Position numbers and translations under genes: made by a program
DNA from: a virus
Taxonomy: Duplodnaviria; Heunggongvirae; Uroviricota; Caudoviricetes
Virus record (IMG/VR): IMGVR_UViG_2529292998_000008
Strand: one strand, 5' to 3'
DNA length: 17,672 bases
Part shown: positions 16,168 through 17,672 of the stretch, one piece after another
How positions within the stretch are numbered: the stretch's first letter is position 1
Layout of the letters: each line of letters starts with the position of its first letter
Notes under the pieces: model-generated
Seen by the model: only the letters and a program-made list of their open reading frames with translations
The model's database searches: none
What the model was told of the DNA's origin: nothing

Positions 16168-16200
16168 GCCCGCAGCGTAAAAACTGCGGGTTTTCTTTTT
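16168..16200 (+). terminator. Intrinsic terminator (probable 3' end of the hok-like mRNA)
   Basis: GCCCGCAG-CGTAAAAA-CTGCGGGT followed by TTTTCTTTTT. Confidence 0.65.
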
Positions 16201-16232
16201 GGTTCCCTCACTCATGAGGACACCAAAAAACA

Positions 16233-16264
16233 AAGCCCACAGCATAGAAACTGTGGGCTTTTTG
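16233..16264 (+). terminator. Second terminator-like hairpin, a diverged copy of the one at 16168-16200
   Basis: AAGCCCACAG-CATAGAAA-CTGTGGGCTT-TTTG, preceded by an A-run. Confidence 0.55.
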
Positions 16265-16337
16265 CATTCAAAGATGGACGTTATATGGACACTTAAAAAT
16301 AAAATCCATTTATTTTCAAATGATTAAACCTCTACTT

Positions 16338-16359
16338 AAAGCGCCCGCAGGCGCTTTTT
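16338..16359. terminator. GC-rich hairpin with T-run just 3' of serS (likely serS terminator, possibly bidirectional)
   Basis: AAAGCGCC-CGCA-GGCGCTTTTT located about 20 nt below the serS stop codon. Confidence 0.5.
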
Positions 16360-16379
16360 AGATTCAGAAAAATTGGGTA

Positions 16380-17672
<1,293 letters not shown>

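Overview
The window holds the late/tail module of a P2-like myovirus prophage, with its ogr-proximal end abutting host serS (seryl-tRNA synthetase, minus strand, 16380..17672). Reading left to right: tail completion R and S, baseplate V-W-J-I, and tail fiber H on the plus strand; then a cluster of five related tail-fiber C-terminal cassettes arranged as two convergent arrays (three plus, two minus), each beginning with the same hix/gix-like sequence, with a single tail fiber assembly gene and an adjacent Hin/Gin/Cin/Pin-family serine invertase. This looks like a multiple-inversion (Min/shufflon-like) host-range switching system and is the main finding. Beyond it the sheath-tube-chaperone-tape measure-U block lies on the minus strand, opposite to canonical P2 synteny, followed by D and ogr on the plus strand. 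Between ogr and serS there is a hok/gef-family type I toxin ORF with an overlapping mok-like frame and several terminator hairpins. All calls rest on reading the translations and repeats by eye; no database search was run.
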